Assembly: GCA_002269645.1 (NCBI GenBank) | Contig: NIVC01000049.1 | Coordinates: forward strand, 259,578 to 323,577 | Origin: Macrostomum lignano | Lineage: Eukaryota | Length of the DNA stretch: 64,000 bases | Reading direction: 5' to 3' | In this document: positions 38,439 to 49,619 of the stretch, one piece after another | How positions within the stretch are numbered: the stretch's first letter is position 1 | Layout: the number at the start of each line of letters is the position of its first letter | Program-made: the position numbers and the translations under genes | Notes under the pieces: generated by a model | The model's input: the letters and a program-made list of their open reading frames with translations, nothing else | Database searches by the model: none | Told to the model about the DNA's origin: nothing

Positions 38439-38955
38439 GAGGATGCTCAAGCCGTGGGAGAAGTGAGTTGCTACAGGTGAAGAGGATGCTCAAGCCGTGG
38501 GAGAAGTGAGTTGCTACAGGTGGAGAGGATGCTCAAGCCGTGGGAGAAGTGAGTTGCTACAGGTGAAGAGGATGCTCAAGCCGTGGGAGAAGTGAGTTGC
38601 TACAGGTGGAGAGGATGCTCAAGCCGTGGGAGAAGTGAGTTGCTACAGGTGGAGAGGATGCTCAAGCAGTGGGAGAAGTGAGTTGCTACAGGTGGAGAGG
38701 ATGCTCAAGCCGTGGGAGAAGTGAGTTGCTACAGGTGGAGAGGATGCTCAAGCCGTGGGAGAAGTGAGTTGCTACAGGTGGAGAGGATGCTCAAGCCGTG
38801 GGAGAAGTGAGTTGCTACAGGTGGAGAGGATGCTCAAGCCGTGGGAGAAGTGAGTTGCTACAGGTGAAGAGGATGCTCAAGCCGTGGGAGAAGTGACTTG
38901 CTACAGGTGGAGAGGATGCTCAAGCCGTGGGAAAAGTGAGTTGCTACAGGTGGAG
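38439..38955. repeat. 43-bp tandem repeat, 12 units
   Basis: GAGGATGCTCAAGCCGTGGGAGAAGTGAGTTGCTACAGGTGGA; period measured at 38525/38568. Confidence 0.96.
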
Positions 38956-39189
38956 ACTGTGTCGGGAAGGCTGCCTTGAAGGGTGATGATGAGGACTCAA
39001 GGCAGCAATTTGTTTCTAAAGGTACAAATCATTGCTTTTTATATTCTTTGTCACTGTCACTGTAAGAATTTAAACTGTCAGAACTTTCCGGACACTCTCT
39101 TCCGGGTCTCGCTGTCAATCTCTTAAAATTTAACTTCTATAACACACTTTATAGACCGCTGTTAACTGGTTTTTGTCAAGAAAAATCCA

Positions 39190-40167
39190 ATGCTTCGTCG
39201 AAAATTGGAATACGAAGTAAGGCTCAATGAGACTTTTTCACAGACGCATGCAGCGCGTTCAAGGAGTGTCAATAATATTCCGTGGGGCCGGTTGCTGTGC
39301 CTGCTTATTTTACTGCTAATCTACGCCTACATCTTGCATACTGTTGAAGTCTTTCACATTGGAAGTTTGTCCATTACAAATACTACTACTGGGCCTGATG
39401 CTGATACTACTTCCAGTAGGACCGGTGGTAAAAGTAGTAGCGGCACAAGCAGTGGCAGCAAAAGTTCCAGCAGCAGCGGCAGTTCACTGCCTGCCTTCTG
39501 TCCTGCATCCTGTATTCGAGAAGCAGTTGAGAGCAGACTCGCTGCGGAGTTTCCCGCCCAGTCCGAACTTCTCTGGCCGACAATTGCATCTTGCCTGATC
39601 CGCCAGTTCGGCTCGCCACCGCCTGTGGACGCTCCGTCTGTGCTGCTGCTTTTCAACGGGGCCGGAGACATGAGTTCGGCAACGAAGAGAACTTTAAACT
39701 TGCTAATAAACCGCCTGTCCCACTTGCTTGCTTCTGGCATCGGTGAATGCAAATGCCGCTCCATGACGGCTCCTGATGCTGCCGGCTGCATCGAAGTCGA
39801 CGCCAAGACGGCCGCCACCACCGAAGCGATTGACGCGGCAGCCACCGAGGCGGCAAGATCAAAGAGAAGCTGTCTGGCTATTCGCCGCATTGACCAGCTG
39901 ACCGGACCGGCCTCTTTGATCTTCTATCGACTTGCCGACTTGAGCGAAGCTCCGCACAGACCGTTTCTGTACGTTCTGACTGTAGAGGGCGACGCTGGAG
40001 GCGAGAAGGTCATCGACGAGACGAGCTTGCAGCGTCAGTTGCGTCAGACTTGGGTGTCAAGCGGCCTTCAGAATGAGCAGTTTGATCCGTTGTGGGCTCG
40101 CATTGGCGGCAACGTGGTGGCTGTGCTTCCAGAGTCTGAAAACAATTTGAGACAGCTGTCACGTTGA
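39190..40167 (+). CDS. LAP1/LULL1-like paralog 3 (short N-terminus)
   Basis: TM LLCLLILLLIYAYILH after ~35 aa, Ser/Gly linker, luminal domain with WARI. Confidence 0.88.
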   Translation: MLRRKLEYEVRLNETFSQTHAARSRSVNNIPWGRLLCLLILLLIYAYILHTVEVFHIGSLSITNTTTGPDADTTSSRTGGKSSSGTSSGSKSSSSSGSSLPAFCPASCIREAVESRLAAEFPAQSELLWPTIASCLIRQFGSPPPVDAPSVLLLFNGAGDMSSATKRTLNLLINRLSHLLASGIGECKCRSMTAPDAAGCIEVDAKTAATTEAIDAAATEAARSKRSCLAIRRIDQLTGPASLIFYRLADLSEAPHRPFLYVLTVEGDAGGEKVIDETSLQRQLRQTWVSSGLQNEQFDPLWARIGGNVVAVLPESENNLRQLSR

Positions 40168-41034
40168 TAGCAGATTTATGACATCTAGTACGTGCAGAGG
40201 CGTCGTAACGGACAGGACACCTCTGCAAAGAATAATGCTGGTATTTATAAATTTAAAAAAATGGGCTATGGCCTATCTTCCTTCGTACTTGTAAAATCAT
40301 TTATTCAGAATTTCTTTACATTAAAGTACTAACTAAATCACGCCTTCGACGCTAAAATGAGTGCCAGAAAGCAAAAAGATGACTCTACGCTCTATGATAA
40401 TAAGTAATATATTTTGTACTTTGCTCCGTTATCGTGAAATGTGTAGCGAAAATTCGCGGTGCACCCATAAGTTTTTCAGATTGAAAACTCTTGTTTTTAG
40501 CTTTTATGCAATACAGGTAATCGGATTCGTAAAATCTAACTGCCCTTACATTACTTTTATGGCTGTGAAATGCTTCCTTTGGCATGTATGCGTCATTAAT
40601 CAATGTGTATTTTGGTAAACGATAATGTTTTTAACATTCTCTTCTACCATTCAAACAGTGTGGTAGTTGAAATGTCTGTTGTTATTTGCTTTACAACTGC
40701 TAGTCTGTATGGCAGTGACCTGTCGATTTTTTTGCGAGCGAATATTACTCATCGAGGATCTGGTTTTAGATAAAATACCTAGATACCGACAGACCATTTT
40801 TAGTATATGGATTCGTTTGTCTTAATTATAGTTTTAAAATATACAAGCTAGTCGCTTCCGTGTTGTTTTACTAGGAGTTAATTATTTCAATCATTTTTAT
40901 ACGTTCATACGGTCAAATGAAATTTAGCTTCACGTTAATCACGTAGTTGTATTTCATAGATAGCCTTATTAATGGTACCTCGTAAAAATCATGCATTGAA
41001 CTTAAGAAAAAAGCTTGATAGATAGCACTACTTC

Positions 41035-41400
41035 TTATTTAGACTTGGCTGCAGTGGGTTCCAGACATCCATCGCCGCCCATTCCGCTAAATCCTGGCGA
41101 CCACGGGCAGCTGGTGCTGCTGTGTCTGCACTGCGGTCCCCTTCCGGAGAGTCCAGGGGGTGGATAGTCGCTCGCCCGGTAACCCTTAGGTAGCGGACCA
41201 GCTGGCAGAGATTCTCGGGCCTGAAAACGTCGGAGAGGTCCGGATTTAGGTTCAGGTGAGATGAGCCTGTCCTGAGTAAAGGCGGGGGCAGTCACGGATG
41301 AAGTGCTCCGCATTCTCGACGCCGGAGTCAGAATAGGCGTTCCTTGCTACAGATTTTTCCCTGGAGGTGATGATGCCTGGCAAAACAGATAGCACTAAGA
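41035..41400 (-). mobile_element. Probable 3' end of a 5'-truncated LINE
   Basis: Minus-strand [11 protein letters not shown] (CCHC-like remnant), then [22 protein letters not shown] in another frame, and an A-rich end. Confidence 0.45.
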
Positions 41401-41500
41401 CTTCGGGTTCAATTTTGATAGATTCGGTTTTTGCATAGCTCAATAGTGCATAGCTCCAACCATCAAACTGTTACAATATTGTCATTCGCATATTTTCAAG

Positions 41501-42790
41501 CAGTCGGACAAATCCAACACGGCAAAATCGCCCTTAACGGCGGCGGTGGCATCAAAGACAACTAAACCGACACCAACGTCTCCATCTGCGCCTGGCGACG
41601 ATGTCAGAGCCCGATCTAGACAAGCCTACATTTCACGGAAGCATCGCCAAGAAAATGACAGCGCTAATAATCTGTCAACAACGTCAAATCCAGCAGGGGG
41701 CGACACCGCCGCCGGAGATTTCAGCAAGAATTCGGTTGAAGTGAACGGGTCCAGAGTTGACAACGATATCTCTAACGAGATGGAGCAGCTAACAGTGTCC
41801 GATCCTAGCGATCATTTTGGCTCGTCGAGAACCGACAGCTCCGTGGATTCTTTGTCAACGTTTGGCAGTCCGAACCGACTGTACCCTGACCTGTCGGCCT
41901 ATGGCTACGGTACGGAGTCGATGGCCTCTCCAAGCCCGTCGCCAAGTCAGCGTCGGGGCAAAGTTCCTCCTCGGTACCGCGAGAGAAAATCTGCACAGGA
42001 AGAAAACGAATCAAAGTGCTTATATATTGTCATAGGCTTACTCGTAGTTGTTTTTGCCTACATTCTTGGCGCACGGGCCTTCTCAACAAGTGGTAGCAAA
42101 CACACGAGCAATTGTACTCTAGTTTGTATCAAAACTGTCGTACAGAGAGATCTAGCTGGCAAATTTCCCGCCCAATCGGCTCGTCTTTGGTCCACAATAT
42201 CAGCCTGTCTGACTCGCCAGTACGGCTCATCTACACCCGTTGACGCACCGTCAGTGCTGATGCTGTTCAGCAGAGGCGTTGGCAGCGGCGGCGTCGCCTC
42301 CTCCCAGCTGACGCTGAACTTTCTGGTTGGCCGACTGTCTCGCCTGTTGGCATCTGGCATCGGCGAATGCGGCTGTCGCACTTTTTCGAAGGCTGAAAAA
42401 GACGGCTGCAGCGAAGTCGAAGCCAAGACTGCCGCCACTACCGAATTGATTGACGCGGCAGCCACCGAGGCGGCGAGATCAAAGAAAAGCTGTCTGGCTA
42501 TTCACCGCATCGACCAGCTGACAGGGCCGGCCTCTTTGATCTTCTATCGCCTTGCCGACTCGACCGAAGCTCCGCACAGACCGTTTCTGTACGTTCTGAC
42601 TGTGGAGGGCGACACTGCAGGCGAGAAGGTCGTCGACGAGACGAGCTTGCAGCGTCAGTTGCGTCAGACTTGGGTGTCAAGCGGCCTTCAGACTGAGCAC
42701 TTTGATCCCATGTGGGCTCGCATTGGCGGCAACGTGGTGGCTGTGCTTCCAGAGTCTGATGGCACTCTACAGCATCTGTCGCGAAGGTAA
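41501..42790 (+). CDS. LAP1/LULL1-like paralog 4 (most divergent)
   Basis: The track start at 41546 is GTG; frame is open from acceptor ttttcaag|41501. Ser/Pro-rich N-terminus, TM LYIVIGLLVVVFAYILGA, MWARIGGNVVAVLPE. Confidence 0.87.
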   Translation, partial: QSDKSNTAKSPLTAAVASKTTKPTPTSPSAPGDDVRARSRQAYISRKHRQENDSANNLSTTSNPAGGDTAAGDFSKNSVEVNGSRVDNDISNEMEQLTVSDPSDHFGSSRTDSSVDSLSTFGSPNRLYPDLSAYGYGTESMASPSPSPSQRRGKVPPRYRERKSAQEENESKCLYIVIGLLVVVFAYILGARAFSTSGSKHTSNCTLVCIKTVVQRDLAGKFPAQSARLWSTISACLTRQYGSSTPVDAPSVLMLFSRGVGSGGVASSQLTLNFLVGRLSRLLASGIGECGCRTFSKAEKDGCSEVEAKTAATTELIDAAATEAARSKKSCLAIHRIDQLTGPASLIFYRLADSTEAPHRPFLYVLTVEGDTAGEKVVDETSLQRQLRQTWVSSGLQTEHFDPMWARIGGNVVAVLPESDGTLQHLSRR

Positions 42791-42957
42791 AGCATGAAAG
42801 CTTTGTAGTGTGAGGAGGGATAAACAGAGCTACTTTTCATTGATTGATATTTTGTTAATTTAGTAGCCGTTCGCTTACTGCCTACTGCTTGATATCAGCG
42901 TTTAACAGTAGGCCAGTTTGTCTATTGGCTATTTTCGTAACATTTTTTATACCAACC

Positions 42958-43376
42958 CACAGATACTAGAATAACCAGATGGGCCACTCAGTACATTTGC
43001 GTGTAAGCTACTTTCAGTTCAGTAGCAATTTAAACGGAAGCATTTTAATGTATTTTTAAAGCCAAGGCTCATTTATTGCTCTTACCCCACTTAAACCTCC
43101 AACCGTGCCTTTCCACACTGCCCCCACCCCGCCGCACCCCAAATTTTATTTCCTGTACAGCGATGTACATTTAAGTGGACTGGCCAATGTACATTTTTGC
43201 TGAACCAATTAGCAAGCTGTTTACGCCTGCAAGCTTGGGCTTCTAAACTTATCAAAGTCATTTCAGCTGAACTGTTTTTAAAAAATATCTTCTGTATTCT
43301 TCTTTGCTACTGAACTGAAAGTAGAAAGCTCAGTATATATGCCTGAGTGGCCCATCTAGTTATTTCAGTATCTATG
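42958..43376. mobile_element. MITE, copy 2, with near-perfect 8-bp TSD
   Basis: Homologous to 32477-32926; flanks TACCAACC / TACCAACA. Confidence 0.85.
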
Positions 43377-44229
43377 TACCAACAAAACTCAAACGAATGG
43401 GTTTAATATGGTTTATCTGGTTTATTTCTCAGTTTGTTGGTAAATTTTTCGTATTTACGAGCGTATTTGCATGCAGAGTTATGATCGTAATCATATTGCG
43501 CATTTTCCAGTCACTAATGCCTTCGCGTCGCAGTTTGTACTTTTTCTGGGTAGGAAATTGTGTTTCATTAAAACAAATACGCTCGTAAAAAAACTATTAG
43601 AAACCCTATGTTTTCATTTCATACTTACACTGTGCTTCTAATCAAAATATAATGCTCTATGAAAATGAGAAACTATTTTTGCTTGCTTTACTTGCTGCGT
43701 TTGTATCAATCATTTTATGTATTATAAAGTCATTTTTGTCTCTTAGTATTTCATTATTTTCTAGTAAATTAACATTATAAATTAGCAATACTAGCTATAT
43801 CCTACATGTATACTGGCTAGAGCTCCATCTGTATAATCACACCCCATGGGGCGTGGTCTGTCTGCATGCGAAATCAGTGTGGCTAAACACGATGTGTGCG
43901 TGTTTGTGTGTGTGTTTGGCACGACGTTATTGCATGATGCTATTGCCTTTAGCCTAATTCGGCATTCTCTCTACTTTACAGTACATTGCAACCAGTGCCT
44001 GGTTCTATTTACCAAGTCTGTTATCTTACTGACTTGCTTTTCTAAAAAAATTTCCTTCTAGTGACAAACGGGATATATTAATAGAAGGATAAATCTTGGG
44101 AGCTTGATAACCTTTGTCTTTTGATAATTAATGCATAATCTATCTCTATATGCTATCACTGTAGTTCACCTTCTTGCTAAGAGGTCTCGTAATCTGCTAG
44201 TCTCTCTAGATAAACCTTGAGACGGTCTT

Positions 44230-45190
44230 TCTGATCCAGTCTCACACAGTCTATCCTGATCCAATCTCACCCAGTCTATCCTGATCCAATTACACAGTCT
44301 ATTCTGATCCAATCTCATACAGTCTATTCTGATCCAATCTCATACAGTCTATTCTGATCCAATCTCATCCAGTCTATCCTGATCCAATCTCACCCAGTCT
44401 ATCCTGATCCAATTACACAGTCTATTCTGATCCAATCTCATCCAGTCTATTCTGATCCAGTCTCACACAGTCTATCCTGATCCAATCTCATCCAGTCTAT
44501 CCTGATCCAATCTCACCCAGTCTATCCTGATCCAATTACACAGTCTATTCTGATCCAATCTCATACAGTCTATTCTGATCCAATCTCATCCAGTCTATCC
44601 TGATCCAATCTCACCCAGTCTATCCTGATCCAATTACACAGTCTATTCTGATCCAATCTCATCCAGTCTATTCTGATCCAGTCTCACACAGTCTATCCTG
44701 ATCCAATCTCACCCAGTGTATCCTGATCCAATCTCACCCAGTGTATCCTGATCCAATCTCATCCAGTCTATCCTGATCCAATCTCACACAGTCTATCCTG
44801 ATCCAATCTCACCCAGTCTATCCTGATCCAATCTCACCCAGTCTATCCTGATCCAATCTCACCCAGTCTATCCTGATCCAATCTCACCCAGTCTATCCTG
44901 ATCCAGTCTCACCCAGTGTATCCTGATCCAATCTCACCCAGTGTATCCTGATCCAATCTCACCCAGTCTATCCTGATCCAGTCTCACCCAGTGTATCCTG
45001 GTCCAATCTCACCCAGTCTATCCTGATCCAGTCTCACCCAGTGTATCCTGATCCAATCTCACCCAGTGTATCCTGATCCAATCTCACCTAGTCTATCCTG
45101 ATCCAATCTCACCCAGTCTATCCTGATCCAATCTCACAAGTCTATCCTGATCCAATTTCACCCAGTCTATCCTGATCCAATCTCACACAG
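44230..45190. repeat. 25-bp minisatellite (CAGTCTATCCTGATCCAATCTCACC)n
   Basis: About 38 units, with 23-bp variants. Confidence 0.96.
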
Positions 45191-45679
45191 CGCCTCGCAG
45201 TTCTACTTGGATTTGGTCTACGTAGTTAGTCATTACATATTTCACGCTTTTGTATTTTAATTTTTGTCTGGATGTCTCCACGTCTAAATTTTTGTATTCC
45301 AAGATACATACATGCACATGTATCGAACTTCTTTCTCTCCTCCGTGTGGTGTGCACTTCAATACTGCCGCATTAATGTCGTGATGCATTTTTTAATAGAA
45401 TTCTTTGCCAGGGTATCAAACATTTTCGCCGCTCAGTTCCCTTTCCCCATCTATTTGATTCTAAGGCTTCCTACATGTAGCAGAGCTTGGATATGCGAAG
45501 AAGCGTTAAAAGCGACTACCATTCAGTTGGAGAAAGATTTTTTTCTGCTTTTATAGTAGCTAGTGCTATTACCCATCGGTTTTGCCCATTGGCTTTTTTA
45601 GTGATTTTTATGCTTGGACTGGAACTCTCTTTCCGCTTCAATCGTAGCAGCACATTCAGTTGCACTGGCACTCCCGCCA

Positions 45680-45700
45680 GACAGACGGACGGACGGACAC

Positions 45701-45754
<54 letters not shown>

Positions 45755-45756
45755 CG

Positions 45757-45800
<44 letters not shown>

Positions 45801-45916
45801 CGAGACAGACAGACAGACAGACCGAGACAGACAGACAAACAGACAGACCGGGACAGACAGACAGACAAACAAACAGTTAGGCAGGCAGGCAGACAGACAG
45901 ACAGACAGACAGACCG

Positions 45917-45952
<36 letters not shown>

Positions 45953-45955
45953 CGG

Positions 45956-45986
<31 letters not shown>

Positions 45987-45989
45987 CGG

Positions 45990-46020
<31 letters not shown>

Positions 46021-46062
46021 CGGGACAGACAGACAGACAAACAAACAGTTAGGCAGACAGGC

Positions 46063-46095
<33 letters not shown>

Positions 46096-46106
46096 GGCAG
46101 GCAGGC

Positions 46107-46155
<49 letters not shown>

Positions 46156-46170
46156 GGCAGGCAGGCAGAC
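45680..46170. repeat. (CAGA)n compound microsatellite
   Basis: Direct inspection. Confidence 0.97.
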
Positions 46171-47129
46171 GAATGCGTTTTCAATATTAAACAGTGGTTT
46201 CCCAAATAGTGGCGCTCTAATGTCATTGTCTTCATCATTTCTACGTGTAAATCGGTAATCAAGATGTCTGCAGCCAGTATATAATGCTGGAATCTCACTC
46301 TCTCCTTGTAAGTTAGCTGTATTGGCCAGGTGTGCCGAATCCCAATTAAGTGCACTGCTTAAATCGAACTCACCTTATGCTCGCTTGCATAGGAACGCAA
46401 GGTCTATGCAGATTCGGTTTATTGAGAGCCATCTTGAAATGCTTCACCTGCGTATTGGCCAGGTGTTTTTTTAGTAGAAACCGACTGCATTAATTATTGA
46501 GCTATGTCAAACCCATTTCTGGACAAAAAGCGTGAAACAGTATTTTTTATTTGATTATTAAAAATTCGATGCTCAAATATAGGCATAAGTATCTGATTAA
46601 GTAGACAAAATAGTTATGCTATTTCGCCAAAGGTAAATAATAAAAATCATAGATTCTTAACACAAAAGTTTTTTCCCAATAGAACAGATTTGTTACAGTT
46701 AGTCGTAACGCAGCGCTTTGCTTCTCTAAACAAAGATCAAATATGCAACTACAATTCCAACTAATATGGGTGTTTAGAAATATTTGGCCTTTTTTGGCTT
46801 GCACAATTTGAACACTGCTACCGCAGAAAAATAGCGAGGTTTCAATTGTTTTTTTTCAGTTACTTTTTTAATAATATTAATATCTGCATAAAAGGACAAT
46901 GCAGCACAATCTCCGAATCCGAAAACAATAATATATAAATATAATTGAACAATATTGAATTAATAATAAAATAAGTTTTGTTTTCAATGAATACAAAAAT
47001 TAACTAACCACAGAATAGGGCTAGCTTTGGGCTCAGGGGTAGATTTAAAGAAGATATATTATTAACATAAACAGACAAACAAATTTAAATTTGTAAAAAT
47101 CAAGAAAAACCGCTTAGAATTGATCGTGA

Positions 47130-47570
47130 ATAAAAAAGTTAGATTTTGTTGTCGTATTAAACAAATTAAATACAGTTATAAAAACTGTTCCTTTGACCGT
47201 AAATTTAAAAGAAAACAAAAACAATAACTAAATAAATTGGATTAGTTAAACAAACTATTTGGATGCGCAAATAAAATAGAAAGTTAGATTTTGTTTTCGT
47301 ATTAAAAAAATTAAATACAATTATATAAACTGTTTCTTTCACCGCAAATTTAACAGAAAACAAATACAAGAAATAAATAAATTGGATTAGTTAAACAAAC
47401 TATTTTGATGCGCAAAGAAAACAAAAAGTTAGATTTTGTTTTCGTATTAAAAAAATTAAATACAATTATAAAAACTGTTCCTTTGATCGTAAATTCAACA
47501 GAAACCAAAAACAAGAAATAAATAAATTGGATTAGTTAAACAAACTATTTTGATGCGCAAATAAACAAAT
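47130..47570. repeat. 145-bp AT-rich tandem repeat, 3 units
   Basis: gttagattttgtt recurs at 47138, 47283 and 47428. Confidence 0.9.
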
Positions 47571-47806
47571 TAACAAAAATACATACGAAGTAATAAAGCA
47601 GCGACTTAAAAAACTTACAAATAGACACAATTGAATAGACAAAAATGACTACAGCTCTACACAGATATCAGCCGATGTTGAAACTGCAACAACAGAACGA
47701 CGAAACGATTGAAACAAAAATGAGTCCAATCCGGGTTTGTTTTGCTTTGCCGCGAACAACGGTTTTCTCAAGCTCTTATATTGGCTTTAATTGCCGCTTG
47801 GTCCAA

Positions 47807-48541
47807 TCACGCCACGCTGACGGTGCCCGGCGGCTGCGGCCGACCCAAAAAGCCGAGACGCATTCGTACCGAATGGATGCATCCGCACAGGTGGCTGAGG
47901 TCCATGACCTGTTGATAATGGAACGGATACAGCAGCCGGTCGCGTAGCGTGGCCACCCGGTACTCCAGATTGCTCAAAATCAGTCGGGCGTTGCTAAAAT
48001 CGAATCGCTCAAAATTCAGATCGGATCGATACACTAGCAGATCGTTCTGCACCGGCTGCAGAATCTCATTTTGCAGCATCTCCGTCACGTGGTTGACGCA
48101 GTGCTCTCGACTCTTCTGGTCGTTGCTTTTAAACGCCTGATAGACGCACTCGTCGACGTATTTGCCGAGCTTCTGCGCCACCTTGGAGCAGTTGCCGGAG
48201 AAGCAGGGTGTTGAGCTGTTCCGCCTGAGCAGGCGTCGGCGCGGGAAGCAACTCGCGGAAGCGGCGGCTGGAACGTTTCCTGAACTGCCAGCCACCGCGG
48301 CGGCAACTACAGCGGCCGCGCTTGGTGGCAGAAGCTGAGCAGTCTCCTCTGTCACCATGGCAACTACGTCAGCTGTGTCACTGGAGCTGTTAGCAGGTGA
48401 AGCCGCCGCCGCCGCCGCCGCCTGCTGCTGCAGGTTCTCAAACGAAGAAGTACGTCTGAGTAGGTTCCGGCGAGGCTTCAGAGCTCCGGCCATTGGTAGC
48501 TGCTTGCTCGATGCCATCGTCTGCGCTGCACTGCTCTGCAT
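47807..48541 (-). CDS. Single-exon ORF of unknown function (244 aa from MQSSAA)
   Basis: GC-rich island in AT-rich DNA; Ala/Ser-rich N-terminus and complex helical C-terminal half. Acceptor ttaccttag lies upstream and CCTATAAA TATA-like box at ~48905 on the minus strand. Confidence 0.7.
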   Translation of the reverse strand: MQSSAAQTMASSKQLPMAGALKPRRNLLRRTSSFENLQQQAAAAAAASPANSSSDTADVVAMVTEETAQLLPPSAAAVVAAAVAGSSGNVPAAASASCFPRRRLLRRNSSTPCFSGNCSKVAQKLGKYVDECVYQAFKSNDQKSREHCVNHVTEMLQNEILQPVQNDLLVYRSDLNFERFDFSNARLILSNLEYRVATLRDRLLYPFHYQQVMDLSHLCGCIHSVRMRLGFLGRPQPPGTVSVA

Positions 48542-49619
48542 TTTAATATTAGGTTGAGGCTTATTACATGTATACGTACGTATAGTCATTGCTAAGGTAA
48601 ACAGTTATTGCTACGATTTTATGGGTAACAATAACAGTGCGATAGCACTAGAAGCGTTGCTTCAAATATACTTACATTGAAATTTCACAAACTTATAAAA
48701 GAAAAATGCTTCACAACGCTATAATGTTAGCTTGCGTTAACCAAGCTCTGTAATTGTTGCAAAGCTTTCCTAGAAAATTACAGACTGAGTGGACGAGTAA
48801 GGCAAATGGAAATGAGCCGCTCTGCTGTAATTTGACCTGCTAAATCGTTTAATCAACGGAATGAAGGCTGCTCAAGCTGCTAGCTCGTTTCCCAATGCAG
48901 CAATTTATAGGCTGCAGCTGCACCTCCTCCCCTCGAGACTCGGCCGAGCACGGGGGCGGGATGAGGAGCCTGTGTAGTCTGCATCGATCCACGGGTAGGG
49001 AGGCTGGGACGGCTTGGGCGTGGAGTACGGATTTGGGGGCTGGCGGACGCCCCCTGCTGGTGTTCGGGGTTGGCCGAGATATGCTGCATTTCATCCTTTC
49101 TCAGCTGCTATGCGCGGACACTTCGAATGAAGGTTGAAGAGGACCGTTATTAGCTGGGGTGGGGGGGGGGTTGTTCGGAATCAACCAGTCAGTCCGGAGC
49201 TGTCGCTTTTGTTCTTGCGACTCCCGAATCCTTTTGCAGCCTCGACATCTTTGCCTTGGCTTCATTTTCATCGCTGCACGGGCCTGAGCTCCGCGATCGC
49301 ATTCCCACTATGCTGCCGGCCTGTTGAGGAATTTGAATTGCTAATTGCCTGCACATGCACGCGTTTGGTGCTCTCAGCTCACCTTTTTTTTCAATAGCCA
49401 CCGCGACCTCCCCCTGTATCCTTCTCCCCTTCACCCCGCTCTTCCTCCCCCTAGTTATCCCCAGGGAACCTTTTCGCACCAGCTATGGCCGCTGCCTGAT
49501 CTTATTTGCCGATTGATGTCAAAAATGGATTTGCAAAACTCTTGCTGACATCCTACCTGCATCGGTTGAGCACAAAGCGCATTTCTGTCCTATGCATCTC
49601 CTCTCTCTGTCATCCCTTC

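Noticed and set aside
35811-42680. Antisense ORFs over the LAP1-like genes
   Set aside because: Shadow frames of GC-rich coding sequence, repeated because the sense genes are paralogs.
46300-46450. Minus-strand exon-like segment with GTGAGT donor
   Set aside because: Splicing to the next acceptor gives an immediate stop, and there is no homology support.
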